This document shows positions 47,801 to 60,663 of a stretch of 64,000 nt of DNA, in pieces. Source of the stretch: Chlorokybus atmophyticus (lineage: Eukaryota > Plantae > Mesostigma and Chlorokybus algae); assembly GCA_009103225.1 (NCBI GenBank), contig RHPI01000810.1, positions 682,001 to 746,000 of the forward strand, in the 5' to 3' direction. Under the pieces are notes generated by a model. That model had not been told where the DNA came from, made no database searches, and saw nothing but the letters and a program-made list of their open reading frames with translations. Every line of letters begins with the position of its first letter. Within the stretch, counting starts at the first letter, position 1. The translations under genes were made by a program, and so were the position numbers.

Positions 47801-49941
47801 GTTCTCACATCTCACTGCCCTGTCAATCTCAGCAGTCCATGGTGAGTGGGCAATGCAGCTGAAGCTGCTTGACATCATATAATATTGAAACCGGCAACAT
47901 CTACCTCCTTCTCATTGAAGAACCGCTTTACAATGGCTTTCAGGATAACGTCCGACCGCCCTTGTGTAAGTTGTCGCTGTCTAGATCCCATCTGCGATAC
48001 CCAAAACGCCCTGAAACTGCACAAGGGAACAATTCGTTGGTCATACTTGTCTGGCATTCAAGCCAAAACCAACTAGACATTGGATATGACATGCATATAC
48101 TAACCCTTATTACCTTGCTTTGTCGGCGCGCAACGCTGACAATGCTTCCCTTTTCTCTTCCAGGAAGCGTCGGCATATTCCTTCGACATTGGTCAAGTAG
48201 ACGCGTGCAAGCTCACGTCTGTACTGGCAATCAAGGCATCGGAATGGTCTCCCCGAATGCTCGCTGGAACGATAAATACATTAAAAGGCATCAGAGTCGG
48301 GTCAAATTTGCAGTTAGACATCTAGTAGGCAAACTGGCACTGCATGATACGCAAGAGCAAAGTTGCAAACAGGGGCGCCATACCGGATGACTTGAACTTG
48401 CGCTTTGATGACTAGCGTGTCAGATACAGTAAAACCGTCCACAACCTTTGAAAGCTCCATGAACTTCTTCCATCCCCAGTCATGCTCCTTTTTGCAGAAC
48501 CGATGCAACGTGTCTGCATCATGTGCTGGATCAGTTGCGCAGCAAACCCAAGTCAGCCAAGCTGGAATGTTGAGGCCGCGAGCTTATGCACCTGAATACT
48601 TGGACTTCTTCGGGTCCTTATTCACAACAGCTATTGTGAACTGCGCAAAATGACTCCAGCCTGCAGAGACTGCATTAGTAAAAACATACAAAGTACGAAC
48701 TGCCACCACCAACTGGCCTGTCAAGCTGAGCAAAACCAACACGTGTGCGAGGCTATCCCCATGACTGCCACAAGTGCATACTTACCGGGTAAGAGCTTGT
48801 CATAGTCCGCTACACACAGAAAAAGCGACAGATGATTGCAGACGTCACATCCCTGGGGGTAGACCAGTATGTACCTGTGCAGCAACGCCGGCTGGGTATA
48901 AGCTACACGACTCAAAACCAGCTACACAATGACGCATATGTCAGTCTATGAGCTGCAACACCTTCCTGCAGCATTACTGCCAACAAAACCCATGCACTTA
49001 CAGACGGAGCACTCCAGCACTTCATGTTGCATGGACCAAGAACTGAAGCTTAAACTCCATCACGAGGACAAGCAATGTACGTACCACTTATATCCGCCGA
49101 CCTCAAACACGTTGCTGCGGAGCTCCTTTTTGCTGATCTCAGAGAAGTTATCAATCTTCCAAGTAAACTTCCCATAGAGCTCGGAAGGCTTCGGACCTGG
49201 TGTTTGACGACGATGTAACATCCGTACACTGCACTACCATGTCTTGCCCATGCATCCGCGCCACTTGTACAGAACAGCTCAACCGCAACATGAGACTGAA
49301 GACAACAGACTGCACGCTCTTTTAGTTTTCCTTACCTACTTTACGCTCGCCCGTTTTGGAAACCACATCAAACTTACACAATGCACTGCAAACCAATTTC
49401 ACATGATCACCCGATCCATATCTGCGTTGATCACAACCACCCGCTAAGCTGGAGCCGGAGTTAGGGTTTCCAGGCTTTAAAGCTCAGAGCAGTGCAATTG
49501 CTGTGTAACGTTGAAAGCTTTACCACCCAGCTAAAGAGCAACGCGGCCAGTGCTTGCCGTTGAGTTGTGACCAAAAGACCGCTTTCACGAGGTGCCGAGT
49601 TAACGCACGAAAGCACAACTCTACGACCCAGGAGGACCCCAGCTCGTAGAGTCTACCTAGTGAACCTGCCTGACAGCGGCACAAGCGACCTCAACTGTCT
49701 GGAACTTGCACAATGAGGCAAGGCTGTACGGCTGACGCAGCCAAAACATTCTTCTTGAGCAAAATCGGTCTCCACAATGAGCTCTAGCCTGCCCTGCACT
49801 AGACCAAAGCCTGCATTATGCCCAATGCCCGACTCCCTACGCACCATCGCACTCGTCGTCGCAGTTCAGGTAGTGCGTGGACGGCACGGAGGGCGGCTCA
49901 ACCTCCCCTCTGGAGGACGGCTCCCCGCTCCCGCGCGACAT
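44817..49941 (-). CDS. MATH/TRAF-domain coiled-coil protein (Arabidopsis At5g43560/At1g04300, TRAF1a/1b-like), about 10 exons
   Basis: PSTHYLNCDDECD|GPKPSELYGKFTWKIDNFSEISKKELRSNVFEVGGYKW|YILVYPQGCDVCNHLSLFLCVADYDKLLP|GWSHFAQFTIAVVNKDPKKSKYS, HRFCKKEHDWGWKKFMELSKV, RPFRCLDCQYRRELARVYLTNVE, ELGRRTVEMFVLAHLF, VALKRQEALIREEE and DEFPHLSLINDLLDE. Confidence 0.93.
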
Positions 49942-50583
49942 CGCCGCAGCGGCCCCGGCAGCTCACAGAGCCCAGCGCGCTGGCCTCGCCCAGCTCCCTA
50001 TCCAGCCCCAGCCGCAGCCCAACACCTCCAGCCACCCCGCCGCGCACTGCTGCCGTCGCCGCCGCGTCCCCTACCGCCACCGCGGCCGCCGCCGCCCCGC
50101 CCAGCAAGCCCCGCCGGCCAACTCCCCGCCCAAAGCCGCCGCCACGCCGTTACCCGCTTTTTCGCCCGTAGCTATGCTAGGGTTTTTTTCATGCTGCAAT
50201 TTTTGCTGCACGATCATCCTTGCCTGGCTCGGCAGTTTGTATCTAACCGAGCCGCCGGCTCCCTTCCTTGTCTCATCGCTGCCGGTCGACCGCTGCGAGG
50301 CCGGACGCAAGCCCGCAAGCCCTGCGCTGAGACTGGCCATGTAGACTAGATTCGCATGCATTTGAGCAGCAAATATCTTGAAGGTCCGGACGCGGTGGGA
50401 AGCGCATTCCAGATATCACGCTTGTAAGCTCGATATCGACGTCCTCTTGTTGGTTGGCAGGTCCTGTTTGGAGCCTTCCTGCAAAGGACCCTTCCTCCAG
50501 GGGTTTCGTGCCGGTCCGGGACCAGCACGGATTTGCATAACGAAACTCGCACAAATGTGCAGCAAGTGCCACGCGCCGATTGA

Positions 50584-50599
50584 AGCCCAAAACCCTAAA
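50584..50599 (+). promoter_or_regulatory. Site II (AGCCCA) plus telo-box (AAACCCTAAA) in the MATH/ALIX intergenic promoter
   Basis: GAAGCCCAAAACCCTAAAA. Other telo-box-like words at 6931, 28531 (reverse), 41055, 43935, 49461 (reverse) and 50177 (reverse). The site II/telo-box pairing is an established plant promoter combination. Confidence 0.55.
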
Positions 50600-51147
50600 A
50601 TGGGTTGCTGCTTGCAGACGCTGTCACTGAGAGCCTGCTGGGGTGGTTGGCGGAGGCGCCGGCCTTGGAGGTGGCGGCGGAGGTTGCTGCTGTGGCTGCG
50701 CCAAACGAAGCGCTGAAGATACAGGCGCTATACCGCTGTTGATTATCGCTTTACATATTGTCACCATGTCGGTCACGGTGAGTTCAAGACGGCCTGCTGT
50801 CCACTATGGCCTGCGTTGTGAAGTTGTGTGCTTCGCACTTGCTGCTTCAGTGTCTTTTTACAATGTTGATGCAAACATGCGATCACAAAAGTGTTGTTAT
50901 TATAATTGATTCTCGACTCATCTGCTTCTAATTGTCGGATGTTGTGGTAACTCAGTCTTGCCATGCAGTCACCTCAACTGATCAGGCTTGCTGCTTATGT
51001 GGCAATGACTGCATATGTGTGTCGTTGAGCGCATGCAGATTTTCGTATACATACGGGCTAGTACTGGCTTGGCTGATGCTGTTAGCTGTGTTGTGCTGGA
51101 CGTTGCATATTAATCTACTAGAATTGACAGCCATCGTCTTTTCGCAG

Positions 51148-54100
51148 ATGAATGTAATGCTTGCCATACACGCCAAAAGGGCAGATCCGGTGGACTTTGC
51201 CGGGCCTCTCCGTTCGTACATTGCACGTATATTTGGAGAGATGGAAGCGCGCGATGCTCAGGACGATATCAGCGGCATTCAAAGGATGCGGGATGAAGTG
51301 GTTGCAGCAAGCGACACTTTGGAGCATCGCATTGACTTGCTTCAACGGTGAGTGGCAATGAATGAGGGAGTGGTTATGGACGATCACCTGGGCATCGTAC
51401 ACATGGCCAATGTCTGCATGCACAGTGCCTGCCTGCTAATATCTCTGTGGCACCACGTGCTATTGACAGTGCTCAGCCTTCATTCATATACATGCAGGTA
51501 CTTTCGTGCTCTTTCTGTTATAGAGACGCGCTTCCCCATCAGCAAAGAGAAGGAGCACATCAATGTTTCATTCTCCTGGGCAGATGCTTTTAAGCCGACC
51601 AAGAAGACAGCGATACAGAACATACATTATGAGAAGGCAGCAGTGCTCTTCAACCTGGGTGCCACATACTCACAGCAGGGCTTGGCAGCCGACAGATCCA
51701 CATCAGAAGGGTTGAAATCTGCATACTCGATATTTCAACAGGCTGCTGGCGCTTGGGCGCACTTGCGGGAGTCAGAGGGTGCTAAAGTGCCTCTGGGTGC
51801 ATCATTTGACTTGGGTTCTGAGTGTGCGTCAATGCTGGAGCGTCTGATGCTTGCACAGGTGCACCATGGGTACTGCATGAATATGCAAAGTCAACAGGTG
51901 TACTGGTTGCACTTGACTGCATCAAGGTGCAGAGGCTAACATATCTTACCGCCACAGGCCCAAGAATGCGTGTATGAGAAAGCGTTGGCTGACAGGAAGA
52001 CATCCAGCACTGTTTGCTCAAAGCTGGCCTGGCAGGTGTGTATTGCAAGTTTTGCAGTTTGTACTGCGTGCAGTAGCCATGCTGATATGCTGCCTCCAGG
52101 TCGGTGTATTTTACGAGGAGGCGCATGCGATGTTAGTGCTTCCACCATTGAATGCCAACTTTGATAAGGTATGGCCAAGCTTTGTGATGCATGTAGGTTG
52201 TTTCTACGGGCTTCACCAGGTGGTCAGATCTTTGACTTGATCAGTGTGTCGTATTTGCAGCCTTGGCTCGCTCATCTGCAGCTGAAGGCTGCACAATTCC
52301 GAGCTGAAGCACTGTACAGATCCTCATTGGCACTGCGCGAAACAGAGTGTAAGTGATACCCTCCCATACTTGCTGTCAAGGGGCCCCGGCTCAGTCTAGG
52401 AACTTTGCAGTATGTGCAGAGAGCTGTGGTTGCTTGAAAAACATGCGGTAAAACGCAGTTGTCGATTGTGCAAGCATTGTGACAGCACTGCTGTGCTAGT
52501 TTGCCGAGGTTCCTGATCCTGGATGTGTCCGCAGCCATTGCTGAAGAGATTGCAAGGCTTAAAGCCGCTGTCGCCATTCTGGTGGAAGCACGCAAGGCAA
52601 GTCAGCACGGTCATGGTCTTCTGCCTGTTATGTGCAGGCCTAGTTGCAACACTGATAGCTTGGTGCTTGCAGAACTCTTCCAAGCATGCCGGTGCTCCGC
52701 TCGTTGATGCCGTACAAAAGCTTGAGGGCACCATCTCTAGAAACTTGGAGCGTGCAAACAAGTACGTGCAGTGCAGTGGCATGTAGTCATTGCTCTCTTG
52801 TAAGAGCTAGGCAAGGTAGCATGGCCAGGTTGTGTGGCCACTCATAGGTTCATCATTGGGTTTTTTGAAAAACTGACTACGGCTATGCTGTGCAGAGAAA
52901 ATGACCAGATATACCTTGTCAGAGTGCCTCTCAATGAGAACTTGGCCCCTGTCGGTGCTTCGTGCTTGGTGAAGCCCGCGCCGCTCGCACAGGCACTGGA
53001 TGGCAAAAATGAGAAACTGTTCACACGTATTGTGCCCGATCAGTCAGCAAAGGCTCTGTCCAAGTACACAGAGATGGTGGATGAGATTATTCGTAACGAT
53101 TCAGAGGCGCTGCAGCGAGAAAGCGATGAAGCCCGTTTGCGGTTGCGTGAATGGGATCTGCCAGGTAATGTTGGACGGTTATTGATGGCCTGCGAATCAA
53201 ATTGTTGAAGCGTTAAAGTCTGCAACTGGAATGGGAGCCCTTGCTGTATGTGATACGCACACGGTGCGTCAACGCTGGCCACAGCGCTTGTGTTGAAGCG
53301 TGGCGTGTGCACAGATATGCTGCTTGCGCTGGATGAGAGAGGTTCTGGACTGCCAGAGCCATTGCAGAAGGAGGTTTCAGTGGTAGAGAGCAGAGGAGGT
53401 GTCAACGCACTGCACGACCTTTCTCAACAGCTGCGCGAGCTTCGGCAGGTGAGCAGTTACACGTCCATGCATACTGGTATATGTGCGTGCCTGTGTGTGC
53501 AAAATGAGTACTGGTTACAACGCTCTATGCATGGCAGGTCAATGAGGAGTTGTTGGCGGAGGTTTTCCAGTCCCTTGATACTGAAGGACACGACGACGAG
53601 AACTGCCGGAACCAGTTCAAGGATCGCTGGAGAAGGCCGCCTTCAGATACATTGACAAAACACCTTCGCGATAAAGCAAACAGCTTCAAGTGAGCCTTGT
53701 CGGAATTGGGTTTTGTACTCGCAACCTGAGGTACGCTCTTGTTCTTGACTTTGAAACTAAACGGCTCATCCTGCAGGACCTCTTTGCAGCAGGCAGCAGA
53801 CAGTGATGAGCGCATCAACCGCAGATGGAAAGACTGTGAACTGGATCTTACTCTTCTGACCGACCCAGAGTTGCCTCGTCTGGCACGTCCTATGGTGGCT
53901 GTGCGCGGTGATGAAGATGCCATTGCTGCAAGGTTGGCATTACGCAGCAATCTTAACAGTGTGTGCAACACCTTGGGGCTCTGGCCGAGGAGTTTTGGGT
54001 TTATGTACTGCTGACTTGTGCATCACTCTTGCAGCTTGCGCCAGTTGTTGATGGAATTGGAGCGTGTAGCAGCAGAAAGAGCGGGGCTGGAGGAAATGCT

Positions 54101-55635
54101 AAAGGACATGAAACAGAAGGATAACATCCTGCCGCAGCTTATGTCCACAACAGAAAGCTATGACAACCTCTTCAGAAGGGAGCTTGGAAAGTACGAGCAG
54201 GCCAGAGCCAATGTTGCGCAGAACATTAGAACTCAACAGGATCTGTTGCGGCAAATTGATGGTCAGCAACGTGCTTTCCGCCAGGCTTATCAGGTACAGT
54301 GATGATGCACCACTGGACAAGTGCCAGCTTTGGTTTATGGTTCCTTGTTGTCGTGCAAGTCTCAACCAATTCAACTGGCCATGCGTGTGCAGGTTGATGA
54401 CTGGAAGGTCGCTTGCGATCGGTTTGAAAAGCGTTTGCGGAATGCTGTTCGGACGTATTCGGAGTTGAACGGCAACATGGTTGAGGGCGTGCGTTTCTAT
54501 TCATCGCTGCAAGATGCTATCAACGCCCTGAAGCAGCAGTGTGGGGACTTCATTATGACCAGGCGTATACAGAGGGAAGACATGCTGGAGGACTTGCAGC
54601 GCCAGGTAGCATGCTGTGGCATGTGCTGCACAGCAACGTCTACACAGGATCAAAGCCTCAAACATGTTTCTGTCACCATGCGCAGGTGACCAAGTTGACC
54701 GTTTCGCCAATTGCACCTGTTGTTCAGCCATCTGTGGCTCATCCTGCACCAGCTGTGACGCCATCCGGACCTAGCGGGAGTTCCGGCAACTACAAGCCAT
54801 TGCCAGAAGTGCCCTCAGTAGCTTACCAGCAGGCCTACCAGACGCAGCCTTCGTACTCCTCGCAGCAGCAACCATCCTACCAGACGGCGCCTCCAGCCAC
54901 GCCACCGACCTCGTATCACCAGCCTCAGTACCAACCTCAGCAGCAGCCGGCATACCATCCGCCGCCCACACCTCCGCAAACTCCCTACCAGCAGCAGCCG
55001 CAGCAGCAGGGGTATCACCAGCCTTCTTACCAGCACCAGCCCCAACAGGCATCGCACACCTACCAGCAGGCCCCATACCAGCAGCCTTCGTACCAGGTGT
55101 GTGTGCTACTCCGTTCTATTGGGTACACATGAGTCTCGTCTGGCTGTTCGATGCCTGTGGCTTGGTGAATTGGTTGCGTGTAACAACCTTCTTCTACTGG
55201 AGTTAATCATCATACGGTGCTCTTGAACCATCATCTGAGCGATGCTGCATGTCCTGTATGGGTGCATATCAAGTGCTTCTTTCGAACAGCTGTGTGCAGT
55301 ATGTATTTACCAGACGCACTGTCATGGTACAGGCACCACAGCAGCAAGCGTATGGCGCGCCTTCATCGCATTATCAACAACAGCCACAAGCGCCATACAG
55401 TGCGCCGCCCCCTGCGCAGCAGTACCAGCAGCAGCCTTCAAGTGCTCATGCAGGTAATGGCCCATACCAGCAGCCCGTTCCCCAGTACCTGGCTCAGCAG
55501 CAGAGTTACAACTACGGATATGCACCACCTTCTCCACATCCGCCACAACAGCCACAATGGGGGCAACAGCAACCTACATATGCGGCACCTCCTCAGCAAC
55601 CGCCACCACCAGCCAACACATGGTATCATCGCTAA
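51148..55635 (+). CDS. ALIX: ALIX/BRO1 ESCRT-associated protein (Bro1 domain, V domain, Pro/Gln/Tyr-rich tail), about 16 exons
   Basis: MLAIHAKRADPVDFAGPLRSYI, YFRALSVIETRFPISKEKEHINVSFSWADAFKP, YEKAAVLFNLGA, MLERLMLAQ|AQECVYEKA, ERAN|RENDQIYLVRVP, WDLP, MKQKDNILPQL and EGVRFYSSLQDAINALKQQCGDFIMTR, then a QQPY-rich C-terminus. Confidence 0.96.
52597..52672 (+). other. GC-AG intron in ALIX
   Basis: AAG|GCAAGT...CTTGCAG|AAC joins EARK to NSSKHAG in phase 0. Confidence 0.75.
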
Positions 55636-55920
55636 TGACATGCGATGATGTAGCATGTTTGCGCTGTAAGATAGTCTGCTTCTCATGTGTGCAGAGATGG
55701 TTGTCTTGAACACCATTGGCGCTGTTGGTGCATATACAGCGCTGCGATGCCATGTGCGCATAAGCCAGCATTGACCGACAGCTCTGCACTGGCTGCATGG
55801 CACTCTACAGCATTTGAAACACAGCGCGCCACACCGCATTGCGACAAACTCTACTCTCATTTATCACGGGCATGGCGCATCGCCTATTAAGCCCACTAAC
55901 CAACACTACCTACACACACG

Positions 55921-56319
55921 CTAGCTTCTACACGCAAATGCCTCGCCACTGCCATTGCCGCGTCCACCTCTGTTGTTGGCGAACCCATGGGCACGGGCGC
56001 CCATCCCGGCATGGCTGTTGCCGCTATCGCCCCGCGTTCTATGATGGTGAGCGGCTGCGCCTGCTGTGGCGCGCAGGCTATCCGCTGTCGTAATGCGCAA
56101 GAAACCCTCCAGCAGGCGCGGGTCAGCATTGCGTACCACCAGCATGCGCCTGGCATAAAGGGACGGCACCTGTTCAAAGTCGTCCACCAGCGCCCAGTGC
56201 GTCTCCATGGGCGAAGGCCAAAAAGTATCGCCTTACGCATGGTCGCCATACTTCCTCCATTTCACCATCTCCGCCGCGCGTGCTGCCGCCCCTTCCCGAT
56301 CGCTGCACGCCGTCACCAT
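55921..56319 (-). pseudogene. Intronless coding-like frame with one internal TAA (56233-56235); unknown family
   Basis: One frame from ATG 56319: MVTACSDREGAAARAAEMVKWRKYGDHA*GDTFWPSPMETHWALVDDFEQVPSLYARRMLVVRNADPRLLEGFLRITTADSLRA...*. GC-rich with mostly G/C third positions. Confidence 0.35.
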
Positions 56320-59300
56320 GACGGAGTAACCAACGTGCGTTTACGCAATGCTGTCTTGGTACATTGGTGTGCATGCTGCGAATTCCGTTATCATTCTTTT
56401 ATACACGCTTGATGTGGGCTTGGCTTGGTGTGCTACATTGCATGCTTTTGCATTGGACCTATTGGACATCCTATACAACAACTCAGCACGAACCATCTTG
56501 AATACCAACATGCCTCGCAAACAGTTGTAAATATACTATGCGCGCCTGCATGCAGGCTTCACGCCAAGAACAACGCCAACAACAACGCAACATCCAACAA
56601 GCTAGTTGTAGAGTCTGGCTGTTGTAGTGGTCAGACCGGAACTGCTTTTTTTAGCTGTAATCAATCTCTCTAGCAGCATCAAGACACAATCGCAAGCACG
56701 CTGCAGTGCACAAGCACAATCATTTGTCTATACAAGGACATGAAGCATGACATGCGGCTACCATGCCATGTGTTGAATGTGGTATTTTTATCAGAGTGTG
56801 TGAAGCTGAAGCACGCATGGGTGCATGCATGTGTCATTGCAGCATGATGTACTGAGCAACAATGTGCTAGCATGTGTAGCTACTTACCCCGTGCACATCA
56901 GAAGTAGGCAACACATGCTTAATGTTATCATTTTAACCAATTGTTGAAAGCACACTTGACATGGCAATAATGTATCATGAGTTACGTAACGCATGGCAAC
57001 GTTCACATCAATCAACAAGAAGGCTGCGTTTCATAATAATAATACGTATGTATGAAGTTTTTGAATGAATAAGATGATACATGGTTGAGCCTGTTGGTAT
57101 CTCGCTCCTAGTCTGTGCTTGTATATTATATGTGCTAGGACGTTACACATGTGCATTTCAATTACCCTTGCACAATTGGCCATTCCATCCATGCAAGCCA
57201 TCTCCAGTTATTATCATAAGTTGCAATTAATATTGCTGCGTCGTATGCTTGTGGGTATCGATCAGCAATGGTTTGTTTGTTTAAGATAGATGATGTAAGT
57301 TGATGAGCTCAACTCTCTTGTATAAGTCTCCTAGCAATAAATGTTGTAGTGCCGTGTGCTTGAGCATGCGGTGTATCATGATTACAGCACAATTGTAGCA
57401 CTGCCGATGCGCTGTTAATTATGAGGACATGCGGCATGTCTTTATGAGCGCCTCATGTTGATAAATATATATTCATATACATATACATAAACACATATAC
57501 ACACATATACATAAATGTATATCTCATATTTATATTCATGTACACAAGCACCAAGCTAGCCAATATTGCCTCTAAAGATCGGCTTCTAGTCTCTACAGCA
57601 AAGATCGTGCAAGAACTCACAGCCTGACAAGTGCGCTGTGCGGTTGTCTACAGAGCGGATGAGATGCAGTTGCTAATTGGCTGCAGATGCATGACTTTTA
57701 GCCGCAGTTGCAAGTCTTCGAGTATTTGCTCTAAGGAAAGCCTTTTTTACGAAGCACTTTGCAAAGACATTGCAAAACGCTGCAAACCGCGCGTGCTGGT
57801 GGTAGGCTTCCTTTGGTGTAAGGTCAGCCCCAACCTGCAGCTGCTGCTCTCTTGAACCGTCTTCTGCGACTTGCAAGTGCCAAAGATGATGTGTGACACC
57901 AATTGTCGTCACCAAGATCAATATGACGTCATTGGCGTCACAACCTCCACACAAGCTCAAGATAGCTTGTGTGGCGGTTGTGCCCTGGCCTCTGACGCCG
58001 CCTTGAAGATGATGCGTGGCACTTGCACCATTTGTGACTTTAAGGATGCTTCATCCTCGATTGAAAGTGCTTAGGATAGCTTGGCTTCTGACGCCGCCTT
58101 CCAAAATAAGCTTGTTACGGCTTGGAACAACAACTTACTTGTATAATCATTGCCACAACCACGCCCTCCCCCCACCCCGCCCTAGGAGAGGGGGGGAGGG
58201 GGGGGCGCTGTCGCAACATACGCACGCGACCGTCCTTGAAGCACGATTCAATCTTAGCTGATGTTTGTGTTTGTGGGCGATTCAATAATGTCGCAAGGCG
58301 TCACGTGCCGACAGACTATAAGGCCAGCGCGAGGCACGTGTCTGCCGTGCCCCTGTAGATAGCCCTTGAGGAATGATTCTCCCATTGTTAACATGAACCT
58401 CTAACAGCTTGCAATTGCTCACGTGCAAACATCATGCTCCGGTGTCGTTTACGACCAAACGGCTCGCTGAATTTGTGCAACGGTTCACCATAAGCATGCA
58501 TGCTGATGGTAAGAGATGCACGTCGTATGACGTGCATCATGAATTAAACACACATGCGGAGGGCATATATATACCTGATGTCCCAAAGTCATGGCTTTTC
58601 CATTGACCGTCAAGTCAAACACATGTTGCCTCGGGTAGCTACACGCGCTGTTGCGGGTCTGTAATTGAAGCATCATTTTGTACACATAATATACTATACA
58701 TCTATGACATAATCAACATAGCAATCATTGTGCCAGATTTGCACTGCAATTGCACTAGTTTAGCTGCACTTAGCGTCATACATATGCTAACGTGTGCTCA
58801 GATGCGAATTGCAATATCGATGTAGTTACCATTGTAAAGGCATACAAGAGGAAAGAATATGCGGCGCTTTGCACTTGAAGTGCCTAAGAAGATTCGTTTA
58901 CGCATACAAAAAGCGGCTGTGCATACTATTTACATAAGCGGTGCTTAAAGCCACTTCCGTAAATACGAGCAAATATGGGCTGCACATGCGTTATACTTTT
59001 GTTGCAACTCAATACATGTATACCTATTTGAAGTGTGTTTAGAGTCATTTCTACTGAACGCAAGTGATAAGAATTGGATATCTTATTTGCACTTTTACAA
59101 TACATATGCGAAACAATTAAGCTGTGTACCTCTTTCTTGTTATAATGTATAATATGAGGAGTTACTTTTTATATGTCTCATTGGATATAACTGCCCATAT
59201 GATGTTACGCTTAAAGACAAGTACGAATGTCACGCCCAAAGGGCTGACGAAAGTCATTTGGGATATATAACCAACTTTCAAAGGGCATGTAGCACAACAT

Positions 59301-59988
59301 AAGGGGACACTTTTTCCAAATGAGTTGAGCCTTACAAGATGGTGCAACCATGATAGATGAATGAGAATTTAGTGTAATCGCAATAGCAATGGCAAAAGAC
59401 GCAGAAGTAAGATAAATTGTGTAACAACTTGTAGCATTCAATATCAATGGAGACGTGTACTGAGTACGCATCATTGCAAGGCATATGCAATCCAATTTGC
59501 GTAAGTGCATGGTATTTTCCGAGTTATGTATATTTTGGCTATAAAAGCAAGCGTTGTTTTACGCAACATACAATTAACATGTTACCTGATGTTAATATTT
59601 GCAATATCATGTCACCACCTGACATATACAAATATACGAGAGCTAAAACTAAACCAAACGCAAGCTCATGGAACGGCTTTTCATGCATATTTAAGGTCCA
59701 AATCCGCACAGTCATAGGCATAGTGCGTGATCATGTCACGTGAGTCTTTTAAAAACTGAAGCTGCAAGAATCGTAAAGTCGAAGACACGCGTAAGTCACT
59801 ATATCGCATGCGCTCGTATGTGTTAGAATTCCGTTTCCTTAACAATGCTCATCTCTTATCAACAGCAAGTTACAATAGCTCTGCCAACTCAGCATGAGCT
59901 CCCTTGTACAATAATGCAGGGTTGGAGACTTTAAAGACCTGATTTAAACAAGCAGAAGAGCGCAAGTGAGCTTTTAGTAATTGAGGTC

Positions 59989-60014
59989 CATTAGCTCATT
60001 AGCTCATTAGCTCA
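59989..60014. repeat. (CATTAGCT)x3 tandem repeat
   Basis: CATTAGCT CATTAGCT CATTAGCT CA read directly from the sequence. Confidence 0.85.
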
Positions 60015-60663
60015 GGAATACTTCTTACTTTTGGAGGAAATTGCAAGAAACATAATAATCTAGCATGAGTGCCTTATCCAAATATTCATAACCGCGTAAC
60101 TTTGAAACCTGGCCAACCACGCAAGAGACCACAAGTGAGCTCTCAGAGCAAGTGTTGAAGCTCTATTCGGGGAAAAGCTATTACTCCTGAACATAAGAGC
60201 GTTCTTACCTTGTGCATAGCAACACACAAGAACTCCATTATCTTGGCGGCCCGATTGTACGCAGGATGATCAACACTGCCAGCGCGACGCGGATGATGAA
60301 AAGGCTGTCTAGGAACCCCTCCATGTTAGCTGCCCTTGCGCGCATGCATGGATGGCCAAGTAAGGCAGCCTTATCGTCAGCCCACCCTGTACATGTGCGC
60401 GAACATATGGCAAGCCTTCAGCAACCGTCGGTGTCAGCTCCAGGTCCATTGCTGTCCGATGGCATGGCCCGATAACATAACACCAACACAAAAAGCATAG
60501 CAACGCACAGGGCTTTGCCTTCTTGATTGATTGCACAAGTACGTTCTAATAGCCGCATGGCATTGACAACAGCTGCAGACCTTCATTCCCGAAACACAAT
60601 GGACTATGTCAAGTTACATTGTCGCAAAACAAAATTGGATACTGCTGTTGCAGTGTGCGCAGC

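Noticed and set aside
56236-56265. WRKYG peptide as a WRKY transcription factor
   Set aside because: It reads WRKYGDH rather than WRKYGQK, is followed by a stop, and no C2H2/C2HC zinc ligands with WRKY spacing follow in any splice option.
58372-58475. C/D-box snoRNA (ATGATT...CTGA)
   Set aside because: Imperfect box C, no terminal stem and no rRNA complementarity that I could identify.
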